64,000 bases of DNA from Calditrichales bacterium (GCA_965267575.1 OZ254086.1:4448001-4512000); one strand, 5' to 3'; shown: positions 29,199-40,196, counted from the stretch's first letter. The notes: generated by a model not told the origin, from the letters alone. Made by a program: numbers and translations.

Positions 29199-31121
29199 AT
29201 GTCCAATCACACGCTTTTTGATGATGAAGCCGCTGCCCTGCGCAAGATCCTGGAAGGCACGGCGTCGCATACAGGCAAAGAATTTTTCCGCGCCCTGGTC
29301 CGCAACCTGGCTGAAGCCCTCAAAACCAAGGGCGCCTGGGTAACCGAGTATGTGCCGGAAAAACGGCGTCTGCGGGCGATTGCTTTCTGGATGCAGGACC
29401 GCTTTGTGGACCAGTATGAATACGATGTAAAAGGCACGCCCTGCGAACGCGTTATCGAAAAGCAGAGCCTTTTCCATGTTGCCGAAAACATCATCGAGCT
29501 TTTCCCCGGCGATCCCGACCTGAAGCCTTTTGACGCCGTGAGCTACCTGGGGGCGCCGCTCCTCGATCTGGATGGCGCCGTGCTGGGCCACCTGGCCGTG
29601 CAGGACAACCGGCCGCTCCCTGAAGAAGCCCGCAAAGTGGACCTGTTCCGCATCTTTGCCGAACGCGCGGCATCGGAACTGCGCCGCATTCGCGCCCAGA
29701 GCCGTCTGCAGGAACGTGAAGAGCAATTGCGCCGCCTGTTTGACAGCGCCATGGACGCCATTATCGAGATCGATGAAAAATTCACCATTACCCAGGCCAA
29801 TGCCGCCGCCGTCGCCCTGTTTGGTGAAAACAGGCAGGACAACATCTGCGGCCTCAAATTCAATCAATACCTCAGCCCCGATTCACTCGAAAAGCTGAAG
29901 AAGCTGCAAGACGATCTCAAAGACCAAGGCACCAAAGAGCGCTTCCTGTGGGTGGCCGGCGGTCTTAACGCCATCGGCAAAGGCGGCAATACATTTCAAA
30001 CTGAGGCGACACTCTCCTGCTACCAGCACAACCGCCGGGTTTATTTCAACCTGGTTTTACGTAACGTAAGCGAACGTATTGAAGCCGAGCAAAAGCTGGA
30101 CAGGCTGACCGCGGAAACAGAATACCTGCGTGAAGAGCTGCGCCAAAGCAACCACTTCGACGAGATCATCGGGGAAAGCCCGGCCATCCTGAAAGTGCTG
30201 AATGACATACGGCAGGTGGCCAGCAGCAACGCCTCCGTGCTGATTTTTGGCGAAACCGGAACGGGCAAGGAGCTGGTGGCGCGCAGCATTCACCGCAACA
30301 GCGGGCGCAGCGAGAGAGCCCTGGTAAAAGTGAACTGCGCGGCCATCCCCGAAGCATTGATCGAGAGCGAGTTCTTTGGCCACGAAAAAGGGGCCTTTAC
30401 CGGCGCCACGGAAAAGCGCCAGGGACGTTTTGCACTGGCCAACGGCGGCAGCATTTTCCTGGATGAGATTGGCGAATTGTCCGCTGAGCTGCAAACAAAA
30501 CTGCTGCGCGTGCTGCAGGAAGGCGAGTTCGAAGCGGTGGGCAGCTCTCGGACGCAGAAGGTGGATGTGCGCGTTATCGCCGCCACCAACCGCAACCTCA
30601 GGCAAATGATCGCCGACGGCACCTTCCGCGAAGACCTTTACTACCGCCTGAACGTCTTTCCCATTCACGTGCCCCCTCTGCGTGAACGCGGCAACGACGT
30701 CGTGCTGATCGCCATGAAGCTGATCCAACAGTTCGCCAAGGAAAGCGGGCAGAGGCTTCAACCTCTGTCGCAGGTGGACATCCAGCGCATGAAATCCTAC
30801 AGCTGGCCGGGCAACATCCGCGAGCTGCGCAACATCATCGAACGCGCCGTTATTACCGCCCGCAACGGCAGGCTCGATCTGGGCACGCTTTTCGCGGAGC
30901 CGCCAGCGCCACAACAGCCGCGGAATAGCGCCATCCCGACAGCGACGGACAAAGTGCTTACCATCAGCGAGATGCAGGAGTTGGAAAAGCAAAACATGAT
31001 CCGTGCGCTGGAACAGACGAAATGGAAAGTGGCCGGCGAAAAGGGCGCCGCCAGGATCATGGGCGTTCCCTCCACCACCTTTTCTTCACGCATGAAGGCC
31101 CTGGGCATTAAACGTCCCTGA
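29199..31121 (+). CDS. Sigma-54 enhancer-binding activator (GAF-PAS-AAA+-HTH)
   Basis: [29 protein letters not shown]. Confidence 0.95.
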   Translation: MSNHTLFDDEAAALRKILEGTASHTGKEFFRALVRNLAEALKTKGAWVTEYVPEKRRLRAIAFWMQDRFVDQYEYDVKGTPCERVIEKQSLFHVAENIIELFPGDPDLKPFDAVSYLGAPLLDLDGAVLGHLAVQDNRPLPEEARKVDLFRIFAERAASELRRIRAQSRLQEREEQLRRLFDSAMDAIIEIDEKFTITQANAAAVALFGENRQDNICGLKFNQYLSPDSLEKLKKLQDDLKDQGTKERFLWVAGGLNAIGKGGNTFQTEATLSCYQHNRRVYFNLVLRNVSERIEAEQKLDRLTAETEYLREELRQSNHFDEIIGESPAILKVLNDIRQVASSNASVLIFGETGTGKELVARSIHRNSGRSERALVKVNCAAIPEALIESEFFGHEKGAFTGATEKRQGRFALANGGSIFLDEIGELSAELQTKLLRVLQEGEFEAVGSSRTQKVDVRVIAATNRNLRQMIADGTFREDLYYRLNVFPIHVPPLRERGNDVVLIAMKLIQQFAKESGQRLQPLSQVDIQRMKSYSWPGNIRELRNIIERAVITARNGRLDLGTLFAEPPAPQQPRNSAIPTATDKVLTISEMQELEKQNMIRALEQTKWKVAGEKGAARIMGVPSTTFSSRMKALGIKRP

Positions 31122-31130
31122 GTGCCGGAT

Positions 31131-31176
31131 TTACGAAATCCGGTAACGAAATCTCGTAAATCACGAAATCCCGTAA
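31131..31176. promoter_or_regulatory. Three palindromic candidate activator sites
   Basis: TTACGAAATCCGGTAA, TAACGAAATCTCGTAA, TCACGAAATCCCGTAA. Confidence 0.7.
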
Positions 31177-31203
31177 CTAAATCCGCTTTTCATAAACACT
31201 CTC

Positions 31204-31216
31204 TAAGTGTTTGATT
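31204..31216 (-). promoter_or_regulatory. IHF-type site
   Basis: Reverse strand AATCAA-ACAC-TTA fits WATCAR-N4-TTR. Confidence 0.6.
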
Positions 31217-31246
31217 TAACTGTACTTATATCTGCACATCTGCTTT

Positions 31247-31261
31247 TGGCACGCTTTGTGA
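31247..31261 (+). promoter_or_regulatory. Sigma-54 promoter
   Basis: TGGCACG at -24 with non-canonical GTGA at -12. Confidence 0.6.
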
Positions 31262-31329
31262 CATATATAGCGTCAAATGCGCGCATTAAACAAAACAAAA
31301 TACAATCTAATCCAAAAGGAGATGACAAA

Positions 31330-31902
31330 ATGAAGACCCCAAATATATTGAATGGTGTAAATGTGGACCGCCTGGTCGAGACAATCGAAACGATAAGCGA
31401 GCAGCCCGAGCTGGGCAAATTTGAATTCCGCGCGAAAAGCAAATGGGTCGACGGCGGGCACTATATGTCCGTAATCGACAGCTTCTTTGGCGCCGGAAAA
31501 GAAGACGCTCACGATAAGCCTTTCATCCTTTACGGCGATGAACCGGACATCCTGCTCGGTATCGATCGCGGCCCCAACCCCGTTGAATTTGTGCTTCACG
31601 GGCTGGCCGGCTGCCTGAGCACGACTTTCGTGTATTATGCCGCTGCCGCCGGTGTCAAGATTGACGCCATCGACTACACGCTGGAAGGCGACGTTGATGT
31701 GCGAGGCCTGCTGGGCATATCCAAAGAAGTGCGTCCCGGCTACCAGAATATCCGCGTAACCTTCCATGTGCAATCGGATGCACCCGAAGAAAAACTGCAG
31801 GAACTGGTCAAACTGGCCCAGATGCGCTCGCCGGTATTCAATACGGTATCCGAGCCGGTGCCGGTAAACGTCGGTCTGGACGTTGTTGAAAAGGCCGCCT
31901 GA
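31330..31902 (+). CDS. OsmC-like protein
   Basis: DEP...GPNPVEFVLHGLAGCL, SPVF; RBS GGAG. Confidence 0.88.
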   Translation: MKTPNILNGVNVDRLVETIETISEQPELGKFEFRAKSKWVDGGHYMSVIDSFFGAGKEDAHDKPFILYGDEPDILLGIDRGPNPVEFVLHGLAGCLSTTFVYYAAAAGVKIDAIDYTLEGDVDVRGLLGISKEVRPGYQNIRVTFHVQSDAPEEKLQELVKLAQMRSPVFNTVSEPVPVNVGLDVVEKAA

Positions 31903-31917
31903 AAATGAACACACAAC

Positions 31918-31955
31918 AGGATCTTCCGGAGAAAAATGGCCGGGAGATCCTTTTT
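31918..31955 (+). terminator. Intercistronic terminator-like hairpin
   Basis: AGGATCTTCCGG...CCGGGAGATCCT-TTTT. Confidence 0.65.
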
Positions 31956-31972
31956 AAAAAGGAGACAATAAA

Positions 31973-32785
31973 ATGATCGTTGAAACTTTGAATGATAAAA
32001 ACATACAGGTTGAAAAAGGCCTGGACCTTGACGAGCTTCGCCAGGCCATACGTGAAGAGTATGACGCCGTGGCCCGCACTCCGCGACGCGGCTTTCACTT
32101 TCATACAGGCAGAAAACTGGCACGCATGCTTGGCTACGATGAATCGTGGCTGACCTTTATCCCGGAAAGCAGCATCGCCTCTTTTGCAGGAACGGGCAAT
32201 CCCTTCCGCATCAGACCGATCGTGCCCGGTGAAAATGTGGTGGATGTAGGCAGCGGCGCGGGCATGGACAGCCTGATTGCCGCCGAACGGGTGAGTCCCT
32301 CCGGTATGGTAATAGGCGTGGATATGACCATGGCGATGGTTAAGAAGGCACAGATGGCTGCCACCATGCCGCTGGCTGAAAACGTGGATTTCCGCCTTGG
32401 CTACGCCGAAGACCTGCCCGTAGAGGACGGCTGGGCCGACGTGGTGATCTCCAACGGCGTGCTGAACCTTACCCCGGACAAAGCGGCCACCTTCCGCGAG
32501 ATGGCGCGCGTACTTAAACCGGGCGGCCGTCTGCAGATCGCCGACATACTTGTTAAAACGCCGGTGCCGCTGGCTTCCAAGCAGATACCCGAGCTTTGGA
32601 CAGGCTGCATTGCCGGGGCACTGATGGAGGATGAACTGGAAGCACTGCTTTCCGCCGCCGGTTTTGAAGATATGCAGATAACCTGGTCGGCAGATGTTTA
32701 CGACGGAGCGCCGCAATCGAGTAGCGCGGCCAATTTCGGAACAGTCGGTATCAACTTCTTCGCACGTAAACCGTGGGAGTATTAA
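31973..32785 (+). CDS. SAM-dependent methyltransferase, ArsM-like
   Basis: SFAGTGNPF, VDVGSGAG, ISNGVLNL, WTGCIAGAL. Confidence 0.85.
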   Translation: MIVETLNDKNIQVEKGLDLDELRQAIREEYDAVARTPRRGFHFHTGRKLARMLGYDESWLTFIPESSIASFAGTGNPFRIRPIVPGENVVDVGSGAGMDSLIAAERVSPSGMVIGVDMTMAMVKKAQMAATMPLAENVDFRLGYAEDLPVEDGWADVVISNGVLNLTPDKAATFREMARVLKPGGRLQIADILVKTPVPLASKQIPELWTGCIAGALMEDELEALLSAAGFEDMQITWSADVYDGAPQSSSAANFGTVGINFFARKPWEY

Positions 32786-32856
32786 GCCGGCATGGTTGCC
32801 GCAAAACACAGAACGCTGCAACAATCAACAAAAGATTCGTATGTAGCTCACTTAAA

Positions 32857-32898
32857 ACCCGGGCCGTTCGCCTTTGCGTGGATCGCCCGGATTTTTTT
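32857..32898 (+). terminator. Probable terminator
   Basis: CCGGGC...GCCCGG stem followed by T7. Confidence 0.6.
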
Positions 32899-32932
32899 AA
32901 CGCGAATGAGACAATCATAATAGAGAAGAATA

Positions 32933-33388
32933 ATGCTGCTTAGAGAACAGACGGAAGTATATGCCAGCCCGGCGGAAATTTTCAGGTTTTTTGAAAATAT
33001 GGAACAGAACTACCGCTACTGGCACCCAGACCATATCACTTTTAAGTGGACCCGCGGCAATGAGCTAAAAGCGGGTAGCGAGTTTTATTTTGAAGAGTAC
33101 ATAAATGGCAAGCTGATGAAAAAGCGTGTCCGTTTTACCCGCATAGAACAGGACCGGCTGATCGAATTTGAACCAACCTGGTGGCTGATGCGGCTGTTCA
33201 TGCCGCGGCTTAGCTTCCGCACGGAGCCGCAGGAAAATTTCACGCTGTTCACCGCCGAGATCGTGATCCGTACCGGTCCGCTTGGAGCGTGGCTGAACCG
33301 GCGTGAGTTTGACGCTGTAAAAAAGCACATGGCCGAAGAAGGAGAAAACATGAAAGAGATCGTGGAAGGTACATCAACGAAAGCTTAA
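32933..33388 (+). CDS. SRPBCC family protein
   Basis: ASPAEIF...YRYWHPDH...HMAEEGENMK. Confidence 0.75.
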   Translation: MLLREQTEVYASPAEIFRFFENMEQNYRYWHPDHITFKWTRGNELKAGSEFYFEEYINGKLMKKRVRFTRIEQDRLIEFEPTWWLMRLFMPRLSFRTEPQENFTLFTAEIVIRTGPLGAWLNRREFDAVKKHMAEEGENMKEIVEGTSTKA

Positions 33389-33591
33389 TAGCTGTGCCGC
33401 CTGTTTGAATACCCGCCTTACAATGGTTCGGAATTTGTCCTTTTTTCAATGCCCTGCCCCGGCCTGCTAAAAACAACAGCGGGCTTTGCGATTTAATCAC
33501 CAAATGTATTTTATTTAACTGCCCTGTTTCCCTAATTCTGTTAAGCATGATAGGTGCTTTTTGAGACCTTTAAAATTTGAGAGGGGCGATC

Positions 33592-35361
33592 ATGGCGGAG
33601 AAGAAAAAAAAGGAAATGACCTACCGGCGCAAGGCAATCGAAATAGCGCGCGAGCATTGGGAAAAGCAAAAAGAAAAAGCGATCAAAGAGCGCGAGGTTT
33701 TTCGCGGACTGCAGATCGTTCCCAAAGCCAGCTTTTATGACGATTCCAAAGGGCATAAACCCGGGGAAAATAACTGGAAAGGTTTTGGATTTGATCTGCA
33801 CCCCTATGTTTCTTTTGTTGCCGGCGGACTTGTTCTTTTGTTTATCGCATTCACAATAATCTTCGACCAACAATCGGCCATATTTTTTAAAGCGCTGCTG
33901 GATGGCATCGGCAATACGTTTGGCTGGCTCTATATTCTGGCAGCCAATTTTTTTGTGATTGTTATGATCCTCATCGCCGGCAGCCACTATGGCAAAATAA
34001 AGATCGGCGGACCGGACGCTTTGCCGGAATTCAGCACCTTTGCCTGGTATGCCATGCTGATAAGCGCGGGCATGGGCATTGGCCTGATGTTCTGGAGCGT
34101 GGCGGAGCCCATATTTCATTACATGACGCCTTCGCCAATGTTTGGTGTGGCGGCTCAATCTCCGGAATCGTCGCAGGTCGCTTTGGGCCTCACCTATTTT
34201 CATTGGGGCATACATCCCTGGGGCATTTACGCCCTGGTTGGCCTGTCACTGGCTTTCTTTGCCTATAACCGCGGGCTACCGCTTACCATCCGTTCGGTCT
34301 TCTATCCTCTGCTAGGCGAAAAGATCTATGGCTTCTGGGGCAACGTCATTGATGTTCTTTCGGTGCTGGCAACATTGTTTGGCCTGGCAACCTCGCTTGG
34401 GCTTGGCGTAAAGCAGGTTTCAGCCGGTCTGAACTACCTGTTCGGCTTTCCCGTCGGCGTTGAGTACTCCGTACTTCTGATTGGCATTATCACTTTTTTT
34501 GCGGTATTATCCGTAGTCGCAGGCCTGGATAAAGGCGTTAAGATGCTTAGCACGGCGAATATGTACATGGCAGGGCTTTTTATGCTGTTTTTGCTGATTG
34601 TAGGGCCAACCGTGTATATTCTGCAGGCTTTTACGCAAAACATTGGTTTCTATATTCAGAATCTGCCGCAACTCAGCTTTTGGACAGAAACGTTCTTCGG
34701 CAGTGAAGGATCTACCTGGCAAAACGCCTGGACCATTTTTTACTGGGGCTGGTGGATATCATGGTCGCCCTTTGTAGGCATGTTCATAGCCCGCGTCTCA
34801 AAGGGACGCACTATGCGTGAATTCATTCTCGGCGTGATGATATTTCCCACGCTGCTCTCGTTTTTATGGATGTCGACATTTGGCGGGTCCGCCTTGTGGC
34901 TGCAAACAACCGGCGTTGCCGATATCGTTGCCGCCGTAAATGCCGATGTTTCCACGGCGCTGTTTGCCATGCTGGAAAGCTTCCCGCTGACGGAAGTTAC
35001 ATCCATTATCGGCGTACTGCTGGTAACCATCTTTTTTATCACTTCCTCCGATTCCGGTTCGCTTGTTGTTGACCACCTGACCTCCGGCGGCAAGCTGGAT
35101 TCGCCTGTTCCACAGCGCGTTTTCTGGGCGGTAACCGAAGGGCTTTGCGCGGCGGCGCTGCTGTTGGGCGGCGGCTTAACGGCCCTGCAAAGCGCATCCA
35201 TCGCCAGCGGCCTGCCCTTTACGATTGTACTGCTGGTTATGTGCTACAGCCTGTACCGCGGTTTGCAGGAAGAATACTACCATATCCAGATCATTGAAAA
35301 GATCAAACCAAAAACGGAAAAATTCGAAATACCGGTCGGCAAAAAGCCTTCGGACAACTAG
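33592..35361 (+). CDS. BCCT family (choline/betaine/carnitine) transporter
   Basis: SAGMGIGL, FHWG, WTIFYWGWWISWSPFVGMFIARVS. Confidence 0.95.
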   Translation: MAEKKKKEMTYRRKAIEIAREHWEKQKEKAIKEREVFRGLQIVPKASFYDDSKGHKPGENNWKGFGFDLHPYVSFVAGGLVLLFIAFTIIFDQQSAIFFKALLDGIGNTFGWLYILAANFFVIVMILIAGSHYGKIKIGGPDALPEFSTFAWYAMLISAGMGIGLMFWSVAEPIFHYMTPSPMFGVAAQSPESSQVALGLTYFHWGIHPWGIYALVGLSLAFFAYNRGLPLTIRSVFYPLLGEKIYGFWGNVIDVLSVLATLFGLATSLGLGVKQVSAGLNYLFGFPVGVEYSVLLIGIITFFAVLSVVAGLDKGVKMLSTANMYMAGLFMLFLLIVGPTVYILQAFTQNIGFYIQNLPQLSFWTETFFGSEGSTWQNAWTIFYWGWWISWSPFVGMFIARVSKGRTMREFILGVMIFPTLLSFLWMSTFGGSALWLQTTGVADIVAAVNADVSTALFAMLESFPLTEVTSIIGVLLVTIFFITSSDSGSLVVDHLTSGGKLDSPVPQRVFWAVTEGLCAAALLLGGGLTALQSASIASGLPFTIVLLVMCYSLYRGLQEEYYHIQIIEKIKPKTEKFEIPVGKKPSDN

Positions 35362-35473
35362 GAAGCCTCAGCGCGTATTTAACGGGCATGCTTTTATGTT
35401 GAAATAGCGGTTATTTATAGCTATTCTTTAAAGCATTTCTATTTTGCCTTCCTAACCAAAAGGAGACCCGGCC

Positions 35474-37348
35474 ATGAAGAAGCCTGCCCTGTCCGCGTTG
35501 TTTCTGGTTATTATGCTTTTTTCCGTTAATGCCTATTTACAGGAAACGTCCGTTCCCAAAGCGGGAGAAGAACCCCAAACCGGTGTGCAAACACTTGGTG
35601 ACAATCCGTTGCAACCTCTTTTTTCATGGTCCGGAAACGGCGGGATTATTTTTACAAAGGCTGTATTTTTGGGCATTGGCAATCCGGCAGATACACTATT
35701 TTTAAACACACTCCCGCCAAATGCTGATATCGTTCAGGCCTATTTTGCGATTACAAGCTGGCAGAACAGAGCGACGACGGCTTCAGCTACTTTCAACGCT
35801 ACGTCCCTTGGGCCGGACTCCGCCGCCGCAATCGATCAGGGAAGTATCTATTTTCTTAGCCATTATCGGTGGGACGTTACCGATTTGATTACCGGCAACG
35901 GCGCCTTTCCGTTTACAACCTCCGACATCAATCTATGTTACCTCGTCTATCTGCTGGTTGTCTACGAGGATGCCGGTTCTCCTCCGGTTACTGTACTGAT
36001 CAATGATGGTTCGGAATCTCTTCAGGACGATACATCTTCGACCTATTTCAACAACACAGGCGCACAACAAACGGGTAACATATTATTATACACACAGGCA
36101 AGTGATCCGAACAGCGGTTTTGACGAATATGTTGTTCTAAACGGCGATACAGTTATCGGACCCGGCCAGGTTTTCAACTCCAACCTGGGTTCTTTTGCCG
36201 ATGAGATTATTCTTAAGAACGTGGAAATCCTCGAGGGAATGAACAAAATAACCATTTTTCCCGGTAGTGATTGGCTTGGGTTCCATCTTGCGATTCTTAC
36301 AGACGCTGAGCTTACTTCTGACACGGGAGAACAAATTACAGTAAATAGCAATGATATTCTCGGCACGATAGGCAAGACACATACGATTGAGGAAGATACA
36401 ACCGGCAATGTGGCGATTAATGTAGGGACACCCGGCGTAAACCAAACCTGGGATCTAAGCGGCGTTTCGGTACAGGCTGAAATGCGCGAAGTTAGTTACG
36501 TCAATCCGGCTGCTACACCCTTTGCGGTTGATTTTCCTGCGGCGAACTTTGCGCGCGGAACAATGGACCTCATCGACGATACCCTAGCCGAATCCTATGA
36601 ATATGCCAATGTAACTTCTTCTGCCTATAATTTCCTGGGCTTTGCCTTCTCTTATGGCGATTCCGTTTTTGTATCCGATGAAGAGGATGAATCCGTACCA
36701 CTGCCTCTACAATACGGCAGTATGTGGCAAACAACCTCCAGTGATACGATTGGCGATCCGGCAACGTTTGCCATCGTCAATACCGATACAACCAATAACA
36801 CGGTAGACGGTTGGGGAACATTAGTTTTGCCCTCGGCGAGCTATGCGGCCCTGCGCATTCGCTTTGATGAAAAAAGCACTCAAACAACTATCGTTTCAGG
36901 TCAGGCAACCTCAACAGAAAGCACGACCTACATCGGCTATACCTGGATTTCCGACGATGAATTTGTACTGGCCGAAGCGGAAAGCCAGGAAAACGAGACC
37001 AATCCGAATTTTACGTCGGCCAGCAATTTCTTCCGGCTGATAAACAGCGCAACAGCTCTGCCGCAAGATCGTCCGGTCAAACCGCTGGCATTTGAACTGC
37101 AGCAGAACTACCCCAACCCGTTTAACCCGCTTACAAAGATTGAATATACCCTTCAAAAGGCCGGCTTTGTTGAGCTGGCGGTTTTTGATGCCCTGGGCCG
37201 AAGGGTGGCGCTGCTGTTCAGCGGTAACCAAAGCGCAGGTAAGCATAGCGTATCTTTCCATGCGAACAATCTGCCAAGCGGTATTTACCTGTACCGCCTG
37301 CGTACTGCGCAAGACATATCGGTAAAGAAGATGTTGCTGTTGAAGTAA
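35474..37348 (+). CDS. Secreted protein with C-terminal T9SS-type/FlgD-like sorting domain
   Basis: Signal peptide; QNYPNPFNP...KKMLLLK. Confidence 0.85.
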   Translation: MKKPALSALFLVIMLFSVNAYLQETSVPKAGEEPQTGVQTLGDNPLQPLFSWSGNGGIIFTKAVFLGIGNPADTLFLNTLPPNADIVQAYFAITSWQNRATTASATFNATSLGPDSAAAIDQGSIYFLSHYRWDVTDLITGNGAFPFTTSDINLCYLVYLLVVYEDAGSPPVTVLINDGSESLQDDTSSTYFNNTGAQQTGNILLYTQASDPNSGFDEYVVLNGDTVIGPGQVFNSNLGSFADEIILKNVEILEGMNKITIFPGSDWLGFHLAILTDAELTSDTGEQITVNSNDILGTIGKTHTIEEDTTGNVAINVGTPGVNQTWDLSGVSVQAEMREVSYVNPAATPFAVDFPAANFARGTMDLIDDTLAESYEYANVTSSAYNFLGFAFSYGDSVFVSDEEDESVPLPLQYGSMWQTTSSDTIGDPATFAIVNTDTTNNTVDGWGTLVLPSASYAALRIRFDEKSTQTTIVSGQATSTESTTYIGYTWISDDEFVLAEAESQENETNPNFTSASNFFRLINSATALPQDRPVKPLAFELQQNYPNPFNPLTKIEYTLQKAGFVELAVFDALGRRVALLFSGNQSAGKHSVSFHANNLPSGIYLYRLRTAQDISVKKMLLLK

Positions 37349-37445
37349 CACAGGATTAGTCCCAGTTTAGCAAAGGGGTCCAGGGGGTGACTGTTTTAGT
37401 AATAAGCATTATGCCGCATTACTACCCCTGGTCTCGAGACGAAAA

Positions 37446-37850
37446 ATGAATGCAACAGACAGGCAAGCCCGCCACAACGCCAACGCCCCATACTGGGCCG
37501 CGGGTTTGCTGATTTTGGGCGCAACGGGTCTCGCCACCATATGGACAAACCTGGGCGGTTTCTGGAATGGCTATGTGCTGGATATAACCGGCCCCGCCTG
37601 GAACTACATTCTGTTTCGCGGCCTCTATACGTCCTACGCCGAAAACAGCTGGACGCACTTTTTCACACCCGTCAGGACGGTTACAATCTTTATCATTGTC
37701 TGCTTTGCAATAGAAACCGCCCAGTATTTTAAACTTTATCCGGCCACCTTTGACCCGTGGGATTATCTTGCCTATGTTTCAATGCTCGTACCGCTGTTTA
37801 TTGTGGATGCAATCTTTTTGAAAAAAACAAAACCGAAGACTGTGGTGTAG
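37446..37850 (+). CDS. Hypothetical membrane protein
   Basis: TM segments; E-x-x-Q and TFDPWD motif. Confidence 0.65.
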   Translation: MNATDRQARHNANAPYWAAGLLILGATGLATIWTNLGGFWNGYVLDITGPAWNYILFRGLYTSYAENSWTHFFTPVRTVTIFIIVCFAIETAQYFKLYPATFDPWDYLAYVSMLVPLFIVDAIFLKKTKPKTVV

Positions 37851-37971
37851 ATTCAGTTGAAAACTTACCTCAATCAGCGGATATGATGTGAATGCTGAAG
37901 CAATATAACATTAGACAACTAGATCTTTAATAATATCCAGAGAGGATAATAAGAAATACCGGAAGGAAAAC

Positions 37972-38175
37972 ATGGAAAAGCAAACTCAGAAAATGGCCTG
38001 CCTGGTGTGTGGCACAGAGTCGAATTCTATCCCGTTAATTTCTCTGGATTACCAGGGAAAAAAATTGTGGATATGCCCGCAGCACCTGCCGGTCTTGATA
38101 CATAATCCAACGCAGCTTGCCGGAAAACTTGCCGGAGCAGAAGACATGAAGCCGGCTGACCATAAAGATCACTAA
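37972..38175 (+). CDS. Small Cys/His metal-binding protein
   Basis: CLVC...CPQH; RBS GGAAGG. Confidence 0.7.
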   Translation: MEKQTQKMACLVCGTESNSIPLISLDYQGKKLWICPQHLPVLIHNPTQLAGKLAGAEDMKPADHKDH

Positions 38176-38178
38176 TAT

Positions 38179-38454
38179 TTAGTAAACACGGTCATGAGGA
38201 CCGACATCAATTAAAATGATATCATTTTCAGCAATGATTAATTCGAGAGTGATGCGGTAGGATATGTTGATTGATACGGAATGTAGCCCTTTCAATTTAC
38301 CCTTTAATTCATGCAACCTTAGGGATGGATGTTGAGGATCTATTTCCAGTAGCTTCAATGTTTTTTCATATTGTCCAAGCAGTTCCGGATGCTTTTTTAT
38401 AAATTTTCCGGCGCGCTTATTATAGCTCTTAGTGTAAATGATCCTATAAGCCAT
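38179..38454 (-). CDS. RelE/YafQ-like toxin
   Basis: HPSLRLHELKG, SYRI, DVGPHDRVY. Confidence 0.85.
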   Translation of the reverse strand: MAYRIIYTKSYNKRAGKFIKKHPELLGQYEKTLKLLEIDPQHPSLRLHELKGKLKGLHSVSINISYRITLELIIAENDIILIDVGPHDRVY

Positions 38455-38698
38455 CCCTTATCCTTTTAATATGATCACTTACGCTTTCAACAACATAATT
38501 CCCGGCTTCTACATCGGCCCTGGCCTGATGAACGGCAGCTTCCAGCTCACACTCCCGCAGGTAGTTATAATGCTCCATGTTCATAACAACATAACTATCT
38601 TTACCACGAACCGTGATGACTAATTCATTTTCATCTTTAAGATGGCTTTCGATTGCGGAAACGCCCTTGGTTTTTAATTCGTTTGCCGTGATACCCAT
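38444..38698 (-). CDS. Phd/YefM-like antitoxin
   Basis: MGITANELK...ITVRGK; overlaps toxin; RBS AAGGAG. Confidence 0.85.
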   Translation of the reverse strand: MGITANELKTKGVSAIESHLKDENELVITVRGKDSYVVMNMEHYNYLRECELEAAVHQARADVEAGNYVVESVSDHIKRIRDGL

Positions 38699-38920
38699 TT
38701 TAACATCTCCTTTATCAACACTTTCTAAAGAACTTTTTACAATACTATTTATAGTGCGAATATAGACTTTGTTCCCATTTTTGTCAAACATGGTGGGTAG
38801 CTCGTTTTTGAGCAGCCCAAGCAACAAACACTTCTTGAAATACCCTGCAAAATAGTTTTTCTGTGCGTAAAGATTTATGTATTTTCAAGAAAGTATATAT
38901 CGAACAAAAAAGGAATTACC

Positions 38921-39601
38921 GTGTCTGTGCTAAAAGGCCCTGCAAACGTAGTACTACTGGTTATCTCTTTATTTATCTCCTGCAGCGATGAAGCATTGTC
39001 TCCTACTGAAAAAGAGACCCACGAAACAACCGTTACGGATGTAGACGGCAACGTTTACAGAACGATTAAAATTGGTAACCAGATATGGATGGCGGAAAAC
39101 CTTAGAGTTACTCGCTTCCGCAATGGCCAGCCTATTGCCCATGTAAAAGACGCCAACGCGTGGATGAGTCTTTCCACTGGCGCCTATTGTTACTATCAAA
39201 ATGATGATAGTAGTGGCAGCAGCGGCCTGCTGTACAATTGGTTCGCTGTTAACAGTTCATTGAACCTGGCGCCGGAAGGCTGGCATGTGGCAAGTGATGA
39301 TGACTGGAAAGAACTGGAAACGTATCTCGGGATGAACGCATCTGACGTTGATCAGGTCGGCTTTCGCAACACGGGTGATAGCCGCCTGCTGGATGATGGC
39401 AATTTTGGCGCGTTGTTTGGCGGCTATCGCGGGGTGGACGGCAAATTCAACGATATGGGTAACCTGGGCTATTGGTGGACTTCAACGGAGTTTTGCAGGC
39501 TGAATTCCTGGAACCGCGGCCTTGCTATTGAAAGTAACATGGTATACCGTAATTTTGACTCCAAGCTGTATGGCTTTAGTGTACGCTGTGTGAAGGATTA
39601 G
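38921..39601 (+). CDS. FISUMP (Fibrobacter succinogenes major paralogous) domain lipoprotein
   Basis: DVDGNVY, QIWMAENL, GLLYNW, GFSVRCVKD; lipobox ISC. Confidence 0.92.
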   Translation: MSVLKGPANVVLLVISLFISCSDEALSPTEKETHETTVTDVDGNVYRTIKIGNQIWMAENLRVTRFRNGQPIAHVKDANAWMSLSTGAYCYYQNDDSSGSSGLLYNWFAVNSSLNLAPEGWHVASDDDWKELETYLGMNASDVDQVGFRNTGDSRLLDDGNFGALFGGYRGVDGKFNDMGNLGYWWTSTEFCRLNSWNRGLAIESNMVYRNFDSKLYGFSVRCVKD

Positions 39602-39673
39602 CAGGTTTTTAGTTTTTATAGTTAACCAAAAGCTAAGCGACTAAAAAATGATCATAACAAGGGTACTGGATTT

Positions 39674-40081
39674 TTGAACAGACTACCGAGATTATTGTCA
39701 GGCTTGAGTGGTGTCCTTTTGCTCGTAACGGCCTATTTCCACGCGCTTGGAACAAGCGCCGTACGCCAGGTCTTAAATGGCGCAAGTGTAGAGCGTTTCT
39801 TCCTTGAGGCTCTTCCAATTATCTGGTTATTTTTTTCCTGGCATTTAATAGCTGTGTCAATTCCTTTGCTATGGGCAGCAGTTACAAATCCGCGCTGGTT
39901 TCTGCCCTGTTCTATCTATTGCGGAGTTTTGGTCATCATCGATTTCTTTTGGGTGTTCAGTGTTGCAGGCTGGTTCCCTGGAACTTTCATCCTGCTTTTC
40001 GTGTTCGCGGTACTTTTAGTGACGACCTTAATATTGCTTAAGGAAAAGAATGCTTTGCCGCCTAAAAAACATTCAACCTGA
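39674..40081 (+). CDS. Hypothetical membrane protein
   Basis: Four TM segments; TTG start. Confidence 0.6.
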   Translation: MNRLPRLLSGLSGVLLLVTAYFHALGTSAVRQVLNGASVERFFLEALPIIWLFFSWHLIAVSIPLLWAAVTNPRWFLPCSIYCGVLVIIDFFWVFSVAGWFPGTFILLFVFAVLLVTTLILLKEKNALPPKKHST

Positions 40082-40196
40082 TGGATTTCCGTTTTTCTTA
40101 TTTCCCCCTTCTGCCCTCAAAGTCAAACTTTAGAAATCTGATGAAACGTGTCCACATCATATTCTTATATTAAGCCAAAACACCAGGCATAAGCAG

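Noticed and set aside
30057..30992. Long antisense ORFs (this one, 31838-32824, 46954-47772, 56987-57787 and similar)
   Set aside because: They are shadows of well-supported GC-rich genes on the opposite strand and have no motifs of their own.
31131..31176. Mini-CRISPR or iteron interpretation of the ACGAAATC repeats
   Set aside because: Too short with no spacers; the position between activator and sigma-54 promoter fits enhancer sites.
32605..32612. Selenocysteine recoding in the ArsM-like gene
   Set aside because: The codon is TGC (Cys) and the ORF is uninterrupted.
37380..37431. Long imperfect hairpin CCAGGGG...CCCCTGG as an ncRNA
   Set aside because: Single copy with no family features; may simply be a terminator or stability hairpin.
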